Translations under genes and position numbers: made by a program
The notes under the pieces: model-generated
Told to the model about the DNA's origin: nothing
The model's input: only the letters and a program-made list of their open reading frames with translations
Database searches by the model: none
Part shown: positions 12,575 through 25,512 of the stretch, one piece after another
How positions within the stretch are numbered: the first letter of the stretch is position 1
How the letters are laid out: each line of letters starts with the position of its first letter
Assembly (NCBI RefSeq): GCF_006345805.1
Contig: NC_043002.1
Coordinates: 42,408,001-42,472,000, forward strand
Length of the DNA stretch: 64,000 nucleotides
Reading direction: 5' to 3'
From: Octopus sinensis
Taxonomy: Eukaryota

Positions 12575-12735
12575 CCTTAAATCTAGTATGTAAACTGGTC
12601 ATATCTGACCCAAATATTCTACCTCTTTTATGCTCAAACCGGCCAGATCTGACTTCTCAACAATGACATTCAAGCTCCAAGATAATGCTTGATTTGATTC
12701 AAAACAATGGGAATAAATAAGCAGTACATTTGACA
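12575..12735 (+). mobile_element. Partial piggyBac-like MITE (same family as 40804-41008)
   Basis: Shares catatctgacccaaatattctacc...caaaacaatgggaataaataagcagtacatttgaca with the 40804-41008 copy. Confidence 0.55.
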
Positions 12736-13000
12736 AGGGAAGAGTTTCATCACTTAAAAACATTTTGTGTACTAAAACATTATTTAATGTATTATATTAT
12801 TTTCAAAAAGTCTTAGGAAGTGTTTAAAGGGAAAAATCTTTGGAAATTGGGCCACTCAGATGGTCATGGAGCTTTAATATTCAAGCCAATTCAACCAATA
12901 TTCAGGTAAAGAAAAAAAAAAGGGTATATGATAGAATCATATCATATTATATTTTTAATAGTTTATTCTGAAGTTTATACAATAGTTTATTGTATTGCAG

Positions 13001-13027
13001 GACAGAACTTGAAATGTAATACCTTAT
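13001..13027 (+). other. Candidate 27-nt frame-preserving microexon
   Basis: tttattgtattgcAG|GACAGAACTTGAAATGTAATACCTTAT|GTAAGC. Only the phase-1 frame is open (xQNLKCNTLx). Confidence 0.3.
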
Positions 13028-13583
13028 GTAAGCAGGCATATATGCAGGCATGTGTAGCTTGAAGCTTTACTAAATACAAGGGTTCTAGTTTTTGCTAACT
13101 AAAGTTAGTTTGGGCAGGAAGACTGCCTATGCCAGAATGAAAGTTATTCATTGATAATGTTAAAAACAATGAATTGAGTAAGAAGCTAATTTTATTAATT
13201 ATTAAGATGTTAATGAAATCATGAACATGTATTTTATTTGCAATATGATGTACTATATGTTTCAACTACATATATTTCAAACTACTCACAGCCTGGACAC
13301 TATAATAGTTATTTTATTTGCTATGAGGGCCTGCAAGGAGGATTGCATCTGCCCCTTCCTCCAAACTCAGTAAATAAAAAAACAAAGTTGTTTAGCTCCA
13401 GTTCAACTCTGATCAAGCAGATCCATGAGATCCATGATCAAAATACTCCAGCTCTGACCATTTCTTCATAATTTCAAACAGTGTACCTAATACTGTGTTA
13501 CCCAGTGAATTCCTCAGTTTATTTATTTATTTATTTTAAAATAGTAGGGTGTGGTAAATTGCTTTTTTTTTAACAGGTTAGAT

Positions 13584-13724
13584 CAGTGATTCCCAAGGTG
13601 GGGCCTGAGAAAATTCAGGTGGGGCGCGGGGCATAGACATGGGCTGTGAAAATTTTTTTACATGGGCGTAAAAACTTTTGCTATGAAAAAGTGGGGCGCC
13701 GGGAAAAAAGGTTGGGAAACACTG
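13584..13724. mobile_element. hAT-superfamily MITE with perfect 8-bp target-site duplication
   Basis: TIRs CAGTGATTCCCAA / TTGGGAAACACTG. TSD GGTTAGAT at 13576-13583 and 13725-13732. Confidence 0.92.
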
Positions 13725-15544
13725 GGTTAGATGATGATATAAAGATTTCCTTGTTTCCAAAACAGTAGAAGAGTAAGATAGATTGTTGGTTATAAGTGTG
13801 TATTACCATCATCAAATATGTGATCCAGTGAGAAAAAACTACTTTGTGAAAAGGATATGCAATGCATATATTATGTGCTGGATGTCTTGAAGAATTATAG
13901 ACTGTAATTTGACTCTTCATTTGTACCAGTCAGTAACTATGAGCTAGTAATTGTGACAAAGCAATGCTACAATATGTATGTTGCTACAGATATTAAAAAT
14001 GATTTTAATGTTGAAACCATATTAATAGTATTGGAATAAATGTTTCTGACATAGAATTACTGAAACATCTATACATTTCTTCATCAGACCTTTGCATTTT
14101 ATTTAGGGATTGTTAGTTTTTAGGTCCAATTAAGGTTTCTAAAACTTCAGTCATCTGGATGAAGTGGTTATTGTTTATGTATATTTTTATTATGGTAGGC
14201 TAGAATCTTTTGATTGTTAATGTTAAATGTTGTTATCAATTGATATGTGTATATACACACACATACACCTATACATAGAGTAAAGTGGTTGATCAAAAGG
14301 AAGGGCTTTCAACTATAGAAGTACGCTAAAAATTAAATGCACAAGTGAGGCATGCTCCTTCAACATGTCTAGGAGGACATTAATTCTGAATAAGAATCGA
14401 CTTGTACTGTGAAAATCGATCTAACGATGCCAGCATGAAAAGCATATGTAAAATTATGATGGTTTTATGTGTGGGTGTGTGTATGACCTGTAAAAGCCAG
14501 TGGTACATTCCTTTTCTCCAGATCAAAACAATTTTAAAACATTGAGGGGAAAATTGATTAACCCAACATTATATGAATATGTAGGTATTTACCCTAATTT
14601 TAAAGGTGGCCAAAAAGTAGGATTGTTAAGGCATTGGGTAGAATGCCCTACAGTACTTGTTCTGATTCTCTTTCTGAGTTCAAGTTCCACTGATATTTAT
14701 TCTGCCTATCATCCTTTAGGGATCAATAAAAATCGGGGCCAACCTAGAGTATGGATTGGAACTGTTCATCATTTGAGCAAGTTGCCTTACAGTATTTTTT
14801 GTGGCTCTCTTTGCATTTTGAAAGCATCACCTGCAATGAAACTGGTGCTAAGCTGTATTGATCCCAGTGCAGTGACCTTTTATTTAGGTAATATTTGTGC
14901 TGTGAAGTGGAGAGACTTTCAAGTATGGGCAACTGCTAATCGTGCTCAAAAAGAACAAAAAAAAACTTTGCCTAGTCTATGCATAAAGGTACAGATTGAA
15001 GGTCAACCCTGACTGATAGAGCCCCCACCCAACTAATTTTGTTAGAAGGTAAAAAGCATTATCATCACTGTTTTCTTATTTGGTCTAAATTATCATAACA
15101 CTTATAGATAATAGATAACTATGTTTTATAACTCAAATCATTATTTAAAAATAAAAACATTACTTAGGTAATTAAAACAAGGCTCCTTCCAAAACATGAG
15201 CTCATGATTTCCTTATCTGACAGTAAGACACAAATAAATTTAATGGTCTACCAAACTGACAACCATATTTGGATATGCTGCCATGATCTCAATAGAAAAT
15301 AGTTGTCATTGTAAAATTTAGTTATGAAAATCTGTCTAGACAATGTAGGTTTTTAAATTTGTCATACACTGTCCATCTTTGTTGTTGCTTTGAAGAATTC
15401 CAGCTTTTTGAAAAACAGGTTCTCATATCTTAATGTTACAGAAGGAGCAAATTTTTGCTCAGTAAGAAGCTATCACACTCATTCATCTCTTTCTCTGCCT
15501 CACCTCTCCTTCTTTAATTCATTTCAAACTTATATTTAGACTTT

Positions 15545-15748
15545 GAGTAAATAAATATTACATTTGACAGAGTGATCTGAATGCTAACTTTATCTAGAAT
15601 CATGCATTATCTTGTAGTTTTGAGATTTTGATGATGTGGCTGTTGATTTTTAGAATGACATTGTAGGATAACTCTAAGAGGTCAGATCTAGTCAATTTGA
15701 ATGTAAAACAGGTTGAATATTTGGACCAGATATGGCTGGTTTAAGTAA
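15545..15748. mobile_element. Rearranged piggyBac-like MITE (3' end in + orientation, remainder inverted)
   Basis: taaataaatattacatttgacagagtgatctgaatgctaa matches the 3' end of 40804-41008. The sequence that follows (catgcattatcttgtag...ccagatatggctggtttaa) is the reverse complement of its 5' part. Confidence 0.55.
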
Positions 15749-17539
15749 TGCTGCAGATGGTAACAAATCCTGTGGTAGCTCTGTATTTTTGAAGATGAGT
15801 GGAATGATAATTGACTTATTTGAAAACACAGGTATGGGTTAGTGATAGGATGCTAACATAGGGAGAGGGACATAAAACAAATGAATGAAGTTGAACTTTT
15901 GAAAAGACTCTCAAATGAAAAATGCTTAAAAAGGACAACTTTTGCATTGTAGTAACATTCTGCAAAATTAAAAAGAGATGATACTCAAAAAAGGGTTTTG
16001 TTTCAGATAGAAAATTAAACTTTAGAAGTGTTTATTGTCATTGAAATATTTTTACCCTTTTTTCTTTTTTTTGCTAGAGAAGAATAATTGTTTTAAAGTT
16101 GAAAACTAGTCATATGAATAACATGCATTGATGAAACTATGATTAATGAAACTTTAATTTATTTATATTAGTCAATGATTGTTGTAAGACCTTAGATTCT
16201 GCACTGGGACTTGAATGTAGGAATTATTGTTGAGATTTATATAGATTCTATAATATTTGGTGGTGGTGCTGGAGAAGAGTGTTTAGAGTTCTTTGATAGG
16301 AAAGAATTGTTTATTCAAAACAAAGCAAAATGAGACCTCAGCTCTTTAGAATGTTGCAACAAGTTTTTTTTTTATATAAATCATTATCAATATTGATTGT
16401 TATAGTGTACTAAATCTTTTTTTTTTTTTTTTCACTGAAATCAAAAAATAAATCATTGCCAAAATAAGCAACCATTGATATTCATTGGAAAGGGTAGTGA
16501 AATCAGACTTTTATAGTTGGGTTATGAAAAAACATTCAATATTAGATTTTAGGTTATATGAATACATCAAATTATCTTCTCAAAAGTCTTTTGTTCCCAA
16601 TTAAAGAGACATGGAGTATAGAAAGAGTGAAGCAACTTTGTAGTTTTAGTTATTTCATTTATTTATTTTTTTAACTGGTTCCAGACAGTTGCCCATTTAT
16701 CATTGTTAAAAAGAAATCTTCAATGATCTATCATGGAAAGGTTAGCGTGAGGTCTTTTTTGGATTAGTGGTGATGGTACAAGGGAATTTTTTTATTTGGG
16801 ACAAAGTTCAGATAATTAAAACTTTCTGGCAGTTGGAACACAGTTTTATAAATTAGTGCTGGAAGCATTTCCCAAAATTTTGTTAAAGATTTATTTGATA
16901 AAAAGAAAGAAATAGTAGTTGAAATAAATAAAAATTTGAAGGTCAAACAAATGTGTGGAGTGTTGACTTGGAAATATGTTTATCACATCAGTTTTCCATT
17001 TACTGGCAATTTTAACAATTTCATCAATGCAAAAAATAAAAAATTGCTGTCAATGAGCATAAGATTCAATTGAAAGGCAGTCCTTGCTTGCAAAAAAAAA
17101 CCCCCTCCAAAATGTGGGAACACAATGTGAAGAATATTTTCTAGATAAAGTATGTGGTGCCTTTTTACTTTCTTGTTATTACATGTACACAGTAGTAAAG
17201 AAGTTATCACTTCCCCATTCTAAACCGATTTGTGATGATATTGTAATACTTTTTATATTAATAAATTTTATTTTCAATGAACTCTCCATCTTAAACAGCT
17301 AAAATGAGTAAAGAAAGGCAGAATTAATGAAAAAATAAATTAGTATATGCACTACAGAAAGTAATAGCAAATGACATTTATTAAATGGTACACAATCAAA
17401 TATTAATGACACAAGAATGCCATATATGAATACTGGTTGATTAATTTATATTACAATATTGACTGAAAGTTACTTTACAGGTATAAATTTGCCAGAATAT
17501 GAATATACTCAAAATAACAATTGTCTGGAAATCCTGTGT

Positions 17540-17985
17540 ATTGTAGGTCTTGGGCATAGCTGTGTAGTTAAGGAGCTTATTAATGAACAGCATAGTTTCA
17601 AGTTCATGTTCATTGCACAGCACCTTGGACGAATGTCTCTTACTATAGCCTTGGACCAACCAAAATTTTGAGTGAATATGTTTAAAGACACAAGCCTATT
17701 GTATGCATGTGTGTTGAAAGAAGCCCATTGTATTTATGTATGATTACATTTATGCTTCTCCAAAAATTGCTCAGCTGCATGCAGTGACATTATTGTCAAA
17801 TCTCTTGCCATTTGATTGTCCACTGACTTTTTAACTTTGAAGACATGTGGAATAATATATCCCTTACTAGAAAAAACAGGTAAGGGTTAGTGACAAGAAG
17901 GGTATCTAGTTGTAAAATAATGCCTTAATGACAATTTGTCTAAGCTGTACTCGCATGAGTAAAAAAAAATGGATGTAAAAAATGA
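17540..17985 (+). mobile_element. Degraded composite SINE (tRNA-like head, RTE-like tail)
   Basis: gggcatagctgtgtagttaaggagctt...gcaccttggacgaatgtctcttactatagccttggaccaaccaaa head; caggtaagggttagtgacaagaagggtatctag tail. Confidence 0.6.
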
Positions 17986-19862
17986 GAGAACATTATTAAA
18001 TATATATATATATATATTGTAGAGATTCTGAGTTGGGAAATTTTAATAGTCAGAATAATAGTTAAGTACAAGTTTTGAGAGTGGTTTAATATCAGAACTG
18101 CTTAGGCTTCTGAACTTATACTTAAAGCATTCAATGGGATGGATTTATAATACTTCAGAAATATCAGTAACTAACTATATTGACAGAATTAAAATAAAAG
18201 ATGATATATTGAACTGGAATTTTAAAGTTTACACTGATTATACTGATAGTTTTTGAATGTTCTTTGGTACCGAGTAGTTGACATTCGACCATTAACAACT
18301 GACAAAAGAAAGTTTTCTCTCAATCTCCATAATGCCATACTGTTCATATCTCTCGACATTTTAATGTATCTAGTCCTGAATTACACAAGTGCTATTGTAA
18401 CAAATTTTGCTTTTTAATATTATAGACTCAAATCCATTTTCGTATCTATACATCTCACTGCAAATAAACAAGCATTTTTATTTCTTTGAATTGCTATGAA
18501 AAATGTTATTCAGAATTTTTCTCAGTATAGTAGCAACGAACTCTAAAAGAAAGAAAAAAAAATCCATTCATTTCCATCCTATACAAGTGATTTTCTACAT
18601 TAAGACTTTATTCAAAAAAGATATTTGCTTAAAAGAAAGAAAAAAAATCCATGCCCATTTTGTTGTTGGTCTATTTTACTTTCTATTTTTCTATTCTGTA
18701 AATTTAAGATATTGGAATTTTCCTGGGACCTTTTAGTTACGCAATACTTTTTGATGCAATGTAAAAAAAAAAAATTTTTAACAGATTTATAGAATTTTAA
18801 TGGCAGTGTGTTTTTTCCTGTATTTTCTAAACTTGCTTTGTTAGACATTTGAATCTTAAAGCTTATGTAATATATTTTGAATTTTTGCACTTTGTGATTA
18901 TATATTGACAAGGATTGAGCAAATGTTCCACTGTTCTATAAAAATAGATTTTAGTGTTTCTATGTTCAAGTTGATTTTATCTTTGATCATTCCAGCCTCT
19001 CTTTAAACCCCACTGTATCATAATGTCTGATTACTTTCTTACAAGTTTTTCTTAGTTTACTTCTACCACAGGCTTTCTTCACTAGTGATTCACAGCATTT
19101 TTTATTTTTACCCTGGTATATATCATATTCAAAATCATTTCGTAGCTATATAAAAGCCATTAACATTTTTGTGTTACTGGTTAAAAAAATTGGTTCATAG
19201 ACACTTAATGGTACTTAAGAAAAAAAAAAAATAGTCCACTTTTATATTCGTTTCTTTTTTTCTTTTTGTGTAGGAGCTTTTAAATGCAATTATTCATTGT
19301 ATATAATAGTTCACTCAACTTAATTTTTGCTAAAGCATAAGGATTTCGGAAAGCTTTTATTTAAAGTTGAGTAGATTTATAACACAGACGTAAGTGATTT
19401 AAAAAATTGCTTAATTGGCATTCTCATTAGTTTTTATTGAGGGTAAGGTTTATTAATTTTAGTGTTTACATTTAAGTTGAAGAGGTTTATCATAATTTTA
19501 TGTAAGAACTTTTTTTTAATTAGGTTTCAGACACCAGCTTTAATATTGAAGAAGTTAGTTGTTTTACTTAATGCCTTTCAAAATTTTGACTATTTTAAAA
19601 GCCAATTCAGTCACACAGTGTATTTCATTACAATATATGGCAACAAAAGGATGAATATAAGGTCTGCATTTATAGAGAAGATAGTTTGATGAGGGTAATT
19701 TCATTGCTAAATTGAGTCTCTGTACTGTAGGCATTGAGATGTCACATTAAATTGATTATCAAATTCAACTGTTGTTTTTCAAACAAATAACATCATTGAG
19801 TGTCCTCAGTGATATAGTTTTTTAATGTGTTAATTTTTCATACCTATCAGTGTACAGTATTA

Positions 19863-19984
19863 TATGAGAGGTGTATGAAAAGTTTTTAGCCTTCAAGACC
19901 TTTGAGCCTTGAAGTCCTGTACCTTCATCAGTTGTACCATGTTTTGTTTTTTGAGGCTCAAGACTTTTCATACACCCCCTCATA
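19863..19984. mobile_element. Tc1/mariner-type MITE
   Basis: Imperfect ~30-bp TIRs TATGAGAGGTGTATGAAAAGTTTTTAGCCT / AGGCTCAAGACTTTTCATACACCCCCTCATA with TA at both ends. Confidence 0.75.
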
Positions 19985-21349
19985 GATTCTCTTTTCATTA
20001 CTATGGTAAGTACAGCAGAGCTTAGGTTTTTTCCGAGGAGGTTTAATAATACTAACACATGTTGGGTTGTCTTCCATGTTTACTGAAGTCATTAAACTAA
20101 TATTAGTCATTGAGTTAATGTTGCCTTTTTCCTCACTGCATAAATATTTCTAATTAAACTTTTGATTAAACGTTAACACTAACTTAACTATTGTATTTTA
20201 CATGCTGTTGATGTCACTGAGTAACTAATCTCAATGATAAATTCTTTTTATAGGATATTGACTACCTTGATAATGAGCTAAAACCTTACCGCTGCATGGT
20301 TCATAACTGTCTGACAGATTTCATTCTACTTCACAATTGAATGGTTTAACTATAGGAAAACTGTAAAATTCAGTGCAACAATAACCTTCCCACTCAAGGT
20401 TACAGGAAACATTTAAGATAGTAAAAGATGATCAGTTTAACAACTCCGTAATAGTTATATCAGAACAGTTGCTTCTTAGAAAATTAAGTTGGTGAATCAA
20501 GACCTTTACCAAAATGCTTTCTTACAACATAAAGATAACTAGGGATCAATTTTTTTTTTATATACTTACAGTAATTTATCTTTGTATTTACATTTTAGCT
20601 CTTCACTATATGCTTGGGATACTCTGAGTAGTCCATTTCAGTTATATCACTATATATCTATATTGTAGCCTTTTTAACCGGTTTCTTGATTGGATTTTAT
20701 TCAATATTTTTGATGAGGCCTAATTTGTCTAATCCATGCCATGATAGAACATATTAAAAAAAGGATGATTATGATATTTGATATGAACTAAGTAGAAGAT
20801 TTGATTTTGTTTTGTGGTATATAAGTAGGTAGTATGTGTGAAGATTAAATTGTTGGATCTAACATAAAATTTAAGTTAGATAAAATGGCTTTATATTCTC
20901 TTCTATTTTGCATATTTAGTCTCAGATGACCTTACATGTGTTTAAGTAGTGACTGAAATTAAAACCTTTTAAGCAAAACAGCTTCTCTATTAAAGTTAGA
21001 ATTTGTGTCTTGTCATAGTTAATCAATCATGAAATGTGTCGAATGCTCCTGATAAACCAAGGCCATGAGCTGGTTTTAATTCTTGCTGAAGCCATTTCAC
21101 TTTACTCATGTTAATCATTAAAACCCTTAGGAAATGCAATGATGTTATGACATTTCATTGTTCTTCTCCATTAAAATATAAGCCATTGTGCTTAATCCAT
21201 GTAACCATTTCATTTGGATAGGAAGAATCATTAAAGCAGTATTTTTCCATCGCTTCACATTCTAAGTCCAAATCTTACTTTGCTTTTCATCCTTTTGAAG
21301 TCAATAAAATATCCGTCAAATGCTGGGGCAATTTTAATGTATTAGTTCA

Positions 21350-21758
21350 ACCAATTTCTGACTTTGTTTGTATGTAAGGAAGTATTGTTTTCAGTTGTGC
21401 TTGTTTGTTTGTCCATGGATAAGATATCTCAAGAACTGCTGGATGGATTCGAATGAAAGTTTCAGGGATGTTCAGTCTCATGACTGGCACAAACTGATTA
21501 GATTTTGGGATCAATCCGGTACTGGACAAGGGTTCTGGATTATTTTTCCTGTTTTTTTACTTAATTTTTGAGAGCAGTTGGGTTCATTTTTAGTATTCTT
21601 ATTTGTGAGAGCAGTCGGGTTCATTTTTAGTATTCTCGTTGGTGAGAGTAGTCAAGTTTATTTCAGATATTCTTATTTTAAAAATCATCTCCAGCTAATC
21701 ATTGAGAGGAGGTTGGTGTTACCTTGGTGGAGATTTGCACTCTCTGAGTGCTCTTGTT
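21350..21758 (+). mobile_element. Non-autonomous Helentron/HINE-like element
   Basis: 5' gtattgttttc followed by a (GTTT)n tract, internal ~35-bp tandem duplication (21570-21670), subterminal GGTGGAG, 3' hairpin GCACTC-TCT-GAGTGC (21737-21751) and T-rich end. Confidence 0.6.
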
Positions 21759-22189
21759 ATTGTTGTTTCAATTACCAGTTGTAAACACATGCATACAATG
21801 AGTATCTCCCAGTTTCCATCTTATCAAATCCACCATCATCAGTCTCATTGCTGGAATCTTAGGCAAATGTCTTTTAGTTCTCCTGGTATACCAAATTCAC
21901 TTACAAAGCTTTGGTCTGCCTGGTGATATAGAAGACACTTGGCCAAGTAAATAAATACACCATCAATTTAACTGTTAATATAATATTATCAGTATATTAT
22001 GAAGCTCACATCAACCAAAGGCACATCAAAAGATAAATCACTTATACAACAAATATTTAAAAGACATTATTTTTTAATCACTTTGTTGTTAGGAAAACTT
22101 AAAATGCAAAAACAATAAAAGCAATACAATATATGAATTCATTAAATTCATTAATTCACAATCTAGCCCATTAACACTTGTTTCTCTTA

Positions 22190-22560
22190 CTTTTTAAATC
22201 TTAATTTATCTGAACAAATAGCAATACATCCATTTCAACAAATTTATTAAGTTGTCCATGTTATTGAAATATGCACTAAATAGACCTGAAGGTGTGGATT
22301 GTTTTAAAGGAGGTACGTTTCATTGCTAAATCAGAAAATTGTCTGACTACCTAGAAAGGTGTCATCATCTTTCATACTTTCGTATTAAACATGACAGTTT
22401 TTCTTTCCTTATCACTACCTCGAATACTACATTGCACAAATATAGAGCAATGACAGGTATCCAACATTTGCCAGAATTGGATTATGTTTGGAGCTTTGCA
22501 AAAGTCATATCTAGATATGCGTTTGTCACTCCAGTAATAACACTGTAAATTACATCCTCC
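22190..22560 (-). mobile_element. Decayed Penelope-like reverse-transcriptase fragment
   Basis: Minus strand KYER-/-DDTFL (22352-22380; frameshifted RYVDDTF), followed by decayed NNPH and MDVLL positions corresponding to the Penelope LN..HP and FLDV blocks. Confidence 0.45.
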
Positions 22561-22933
22561 TCCTTCATCACCACTACACTATTCTTTCTTATTAATTCAT
22601 CTTGTAATTGTTACATTGGTCATTTTAAAGCCGTGAAAGTCATTTACAAAATTGAAAACATAAGATAAAAAAATATCCTGCCATATTGTATAATCAACTG
22701 AAATTTGTTTGATCATATATGTGAGTTACCATTGAAAAAAAAAATCATTATTTAATTGCAGAACTATAATAGTTGTTTAGTAGAGACTATTTTAATGCAA
22801 GTATTGAAAAACTTTATATTGACTGATTCACATTTGCTATTTTGATGTTTCTCTATCTTGTCATTAATGTCAAAAGAAACCTTTCACTACTTGTGATGGT
22901 GGAGTGGTCGGTCATAAATTTCTCATTCTCTTT

Positions 22934-22970
<37 letters not shown>

Positions 22971-23373
22971 TTCTCTCATGTCCTTTTCTTTCATTTGCTA
23001 ACTTATTCTCACATTTAAAAATAAAATGAGCCAAGGGAAATCTCTAAAAGGCGCTAATGATATAAATTTAGGAAAATAAGGTCAGAGATGATATAGTGAA
23101 TGCTATATGCACAAAATACTTATTTGATTGAAGTGTTTTCTTTTCTTTTTTTTCCATATGAGAGGAAAATTTCACATCAGAACTTTTAGTATATGGCATT
23201 CAGTTCATCACTCCTTAATTAAATTCATGTTGGCCTATTTGGATTTTCCTCTCTTAGCTCATTTCATTGTTTTTGTTAGTGGTATAAATTATACTGGCCA
23301 AAAATTTATTCATAACTTTTTTTATATGTAAAAGTCTTTGTTGACTGATCAAACAGGTCTGAGTAGTTTGTGT

Positions 23374-23415
23374 ACTAAGCTGATGAGGCCTAATAGACAG
23401 AAACATGTCCATAGT
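23374..23415 (+). ncRNA. Minimal type I hammerhead ribozyme motif (Penelope-type)
   Basis: ACTAAG CTGATGA (23380-86) GGCC-TAATA-GACA GAAA (23400-03) CATGTC CATAGT. Palindromic stem III ACAUGU, GUC cleavage site, stem I 5/6 paired, stem II partly decayed. Confidence 0.7.
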
Positions 23416-24033
23416 TGTCCCATTCAAATGAACATCAATTTCCTTCTAAACATGTAAATTAACTTTGCGATCAGTTTTTAATTTCTTCAAATTGTCTTCT
23501 CTTTCCTTTGAGAGTTTACCTTCCTCAAATAAAATACAAATTTTGAGAACATTTTATGTACAAGTTTCCAGTGCACCACCTCACACTTCATATTTAGCAA
23601 TCAGACATATTTGTGGAAGCACACATTCAGCTAACACTTTTATATACGATAATATATAATATTATTTGGATTTTTTTTTAAAAAAGGATTTCAAATTAAT
23701 ATTGTTTCTCCATGTTTTATTGTATTTTGTTTTCATTCTTTCATATTAAATTACAAATATCTTTTTTGAATAATACTGTGTTAAATCTCTTGAGATGTTC
23801 ACACATATTTGAGTGGATATCTTGAATGTGGATTCCATAAATCCTGCTTAATATTATCGAATTCATAATTAACACTGATCAGTGTGTCTTTGGAAAAGAT
23901 TTTGTTACATATGTTTATCTCTTTCTTAATGACTTATGCATTGGAGGGACAATCAGGCTGGGATTCAGTTTAGATATCTGATTTTTGTTATTGTAACTGA
24001 ATTTTTTTTCCCACCATAGTTAAACAAAATATT

Positions 24034-24237
24034 GATTTTAAATTTTGGTGCAAGACCAGCAATTCCAAGGAGTGGGTAAGTCAATTACAGCAGCACCAGT
24101 GATCAACTGGTACTTCTTTTATTGACTCCAACCGGAGGCAAAGTCGATCTTGATGGAATTTGAACTCAGAATGTACAGATGGGTGAAATGTTAAGTATTT
24201 GCCCAGCATGCTAATGATTCTGCCAGCTTGATGTCCA
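24034..24237 (-). mobile_element. tRNA-derived SINE (family B) with perfect 16-bp TSD
   Basis: TSD AGTTAAACAAAATATT at 24018-24033 and 24238-24253. Body ggaatttgaactcagaatg matches 27412-27633. Confidence 0.85.
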
Positions 24238-24431
24238 AGTTAAACAAAATATTACCTTATTGTTTCTGTTCTTAGTTCAAATACCACTGAGGTTAGCTTT
24301 GCCTTTCAACCGTTCAAGGTCAATGAAGTGTCAGTCAAGTAGTGGGGTTGATATTGACTACCTTACCCACCTCCCCCATCTTCTGACTGTGTACCAAAAA
24401 TGTGAAACAGTTATAATTATTATTTTTGTTG

Positions 24432-24915
24432 TTAAGGTGGCTTGCTGGTAAAGTTAGCATGCCAGACAAAATGCCTAGTGACACTTTGTTTCTTTACTTT
24501 CTAAGCTCAAATTATTTGCATATATGCATTCATGATTGAGCTTGAGGGTAGTGAAATGATATTTTTTTTTAAGAAGGACAAGTTGGAGAACTCCCTTGGC
24601 TTCATTTGATTACTCACACTAACAATCTTAACTGATTGAAATGATCTGAATAGGTTACTGAGCCTTACATTTTGGACCCTAAACTGGACTCTGGGTAAGA
24701 GAACTAAAATCCATTGCTTCTCAAGTTTTTTGTCAAGAACAAATTAAGAAAATCTTGCTGATGGTATAATTATTCATAACAATAAACTGGCAATTCAATA
24801 ACAACCAAAATCTCTCTGCAAGAGAGTAATGTGGATAAAAGAGATTTGTACTAGGATTGATGTATTCAACTGGTTCCTTCCCAAAAAACTTTAGGCCTTG
24901 TGCCTATCGTAGAAA
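24432..24915 (+). mobile_element. Family-B SINE split by a templated insertion
   Basis: 5' half aaggtggcttgctgg...ttctaagctcaaat (to ~24512) resumes as gtactaggattgatgtattc...ggccttgtgcctatcgtagaaag (from ~24848). Confidence 0.7.
24507..24851. repeat. Left arm of a local inverted duplication (partner 26224-26604)
   Basis: Aligns end to end with the reverse complement of 26224-26604 at roughly 90% or better identity, apart from indels of ~15 and ~17 nt. Confidence 0.95.
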
Positions 24916-25103
24916 GGAATATTGCTGTTATTATTAGGACGACGCAATCACTACAGCATTGGACAAAATACCTTGCAGTATTTGTTTTTTGCTTTTTACT
25001 AAGATCAACTTTGCTTTTCATCCTTCCAGAGTCAAAGTGCCAGTCAAGTACAGATGTCAATATAATCAACCAGCACTTCCCCTCAAAAAGGCTTGTCTTA
25101 TGC

Positions 25104-25183
25104 ATATCATCATCATCATCACCATCACCATCATCATCACCATCATCATCACCACTACCACCATCATCATCATTATTATTATA
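25104..25183. repeat. (CAT/CAC/TAT)n trinucleotide microsatellite
   Basis: Visible directly; it generates the poly-D, poly-S and poly-I ORFs in the track. Confidence 0.9.
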
Positions 25184-25184
25184 A

Positions 25185-25470
25185 TATGGCCTAGTGGTTA
25201 GAGTGGTAAGAGCATTGCACTCACAATTACTAGATCCTGATTTCATTTCCTAGATTGGGCAGTGCATTGTGTTTTTGAGCAAAACACTTCATCTAATGTT
25301 GCTCTGCGATCACTTTGGCACCTGACATGTAGTACATCCTGCATCTGTTCAGACACTGTCGATTTGATGGAGAGAGTGAGCTAATGTGTGGCATGAACAT
25401 TTGATCACTATAAGCAAATCATTTGTGCAAGTCATTCAGCAAAAACTGAACACTTGTCTTTGATGGAAAG
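25185..25470 (+). mobile_element. tRNA-derived SINE (head related to family C)
   Basis: A-box TGGCCTAGTGG. The segment gcattgtgtttttgagcaaaacacttcat is shared with 33427-33686. Followed by (ATT)n. Confidence 0.7.
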
Positions 25471-25473
25471 GTC

Positions 25474-25512
<39 letters not shown>

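Noticed and set aside
14041-14090. Minus-strand CTGATGA plus 7-bp hairpin
   Set aside because: No GAAA after the stem, and stem I does not pair.
14500-15012. 170-aa ORF
   Set aside because: Runs through degraded SINE-like pieces, has a GTG start and no recognisable motif.
24866-25246. Poly-Asp, poly-Ser and poly-Ile ORFs
   Set aside because: Translations of a (CAT)n microsatellite flanked by SINEs.
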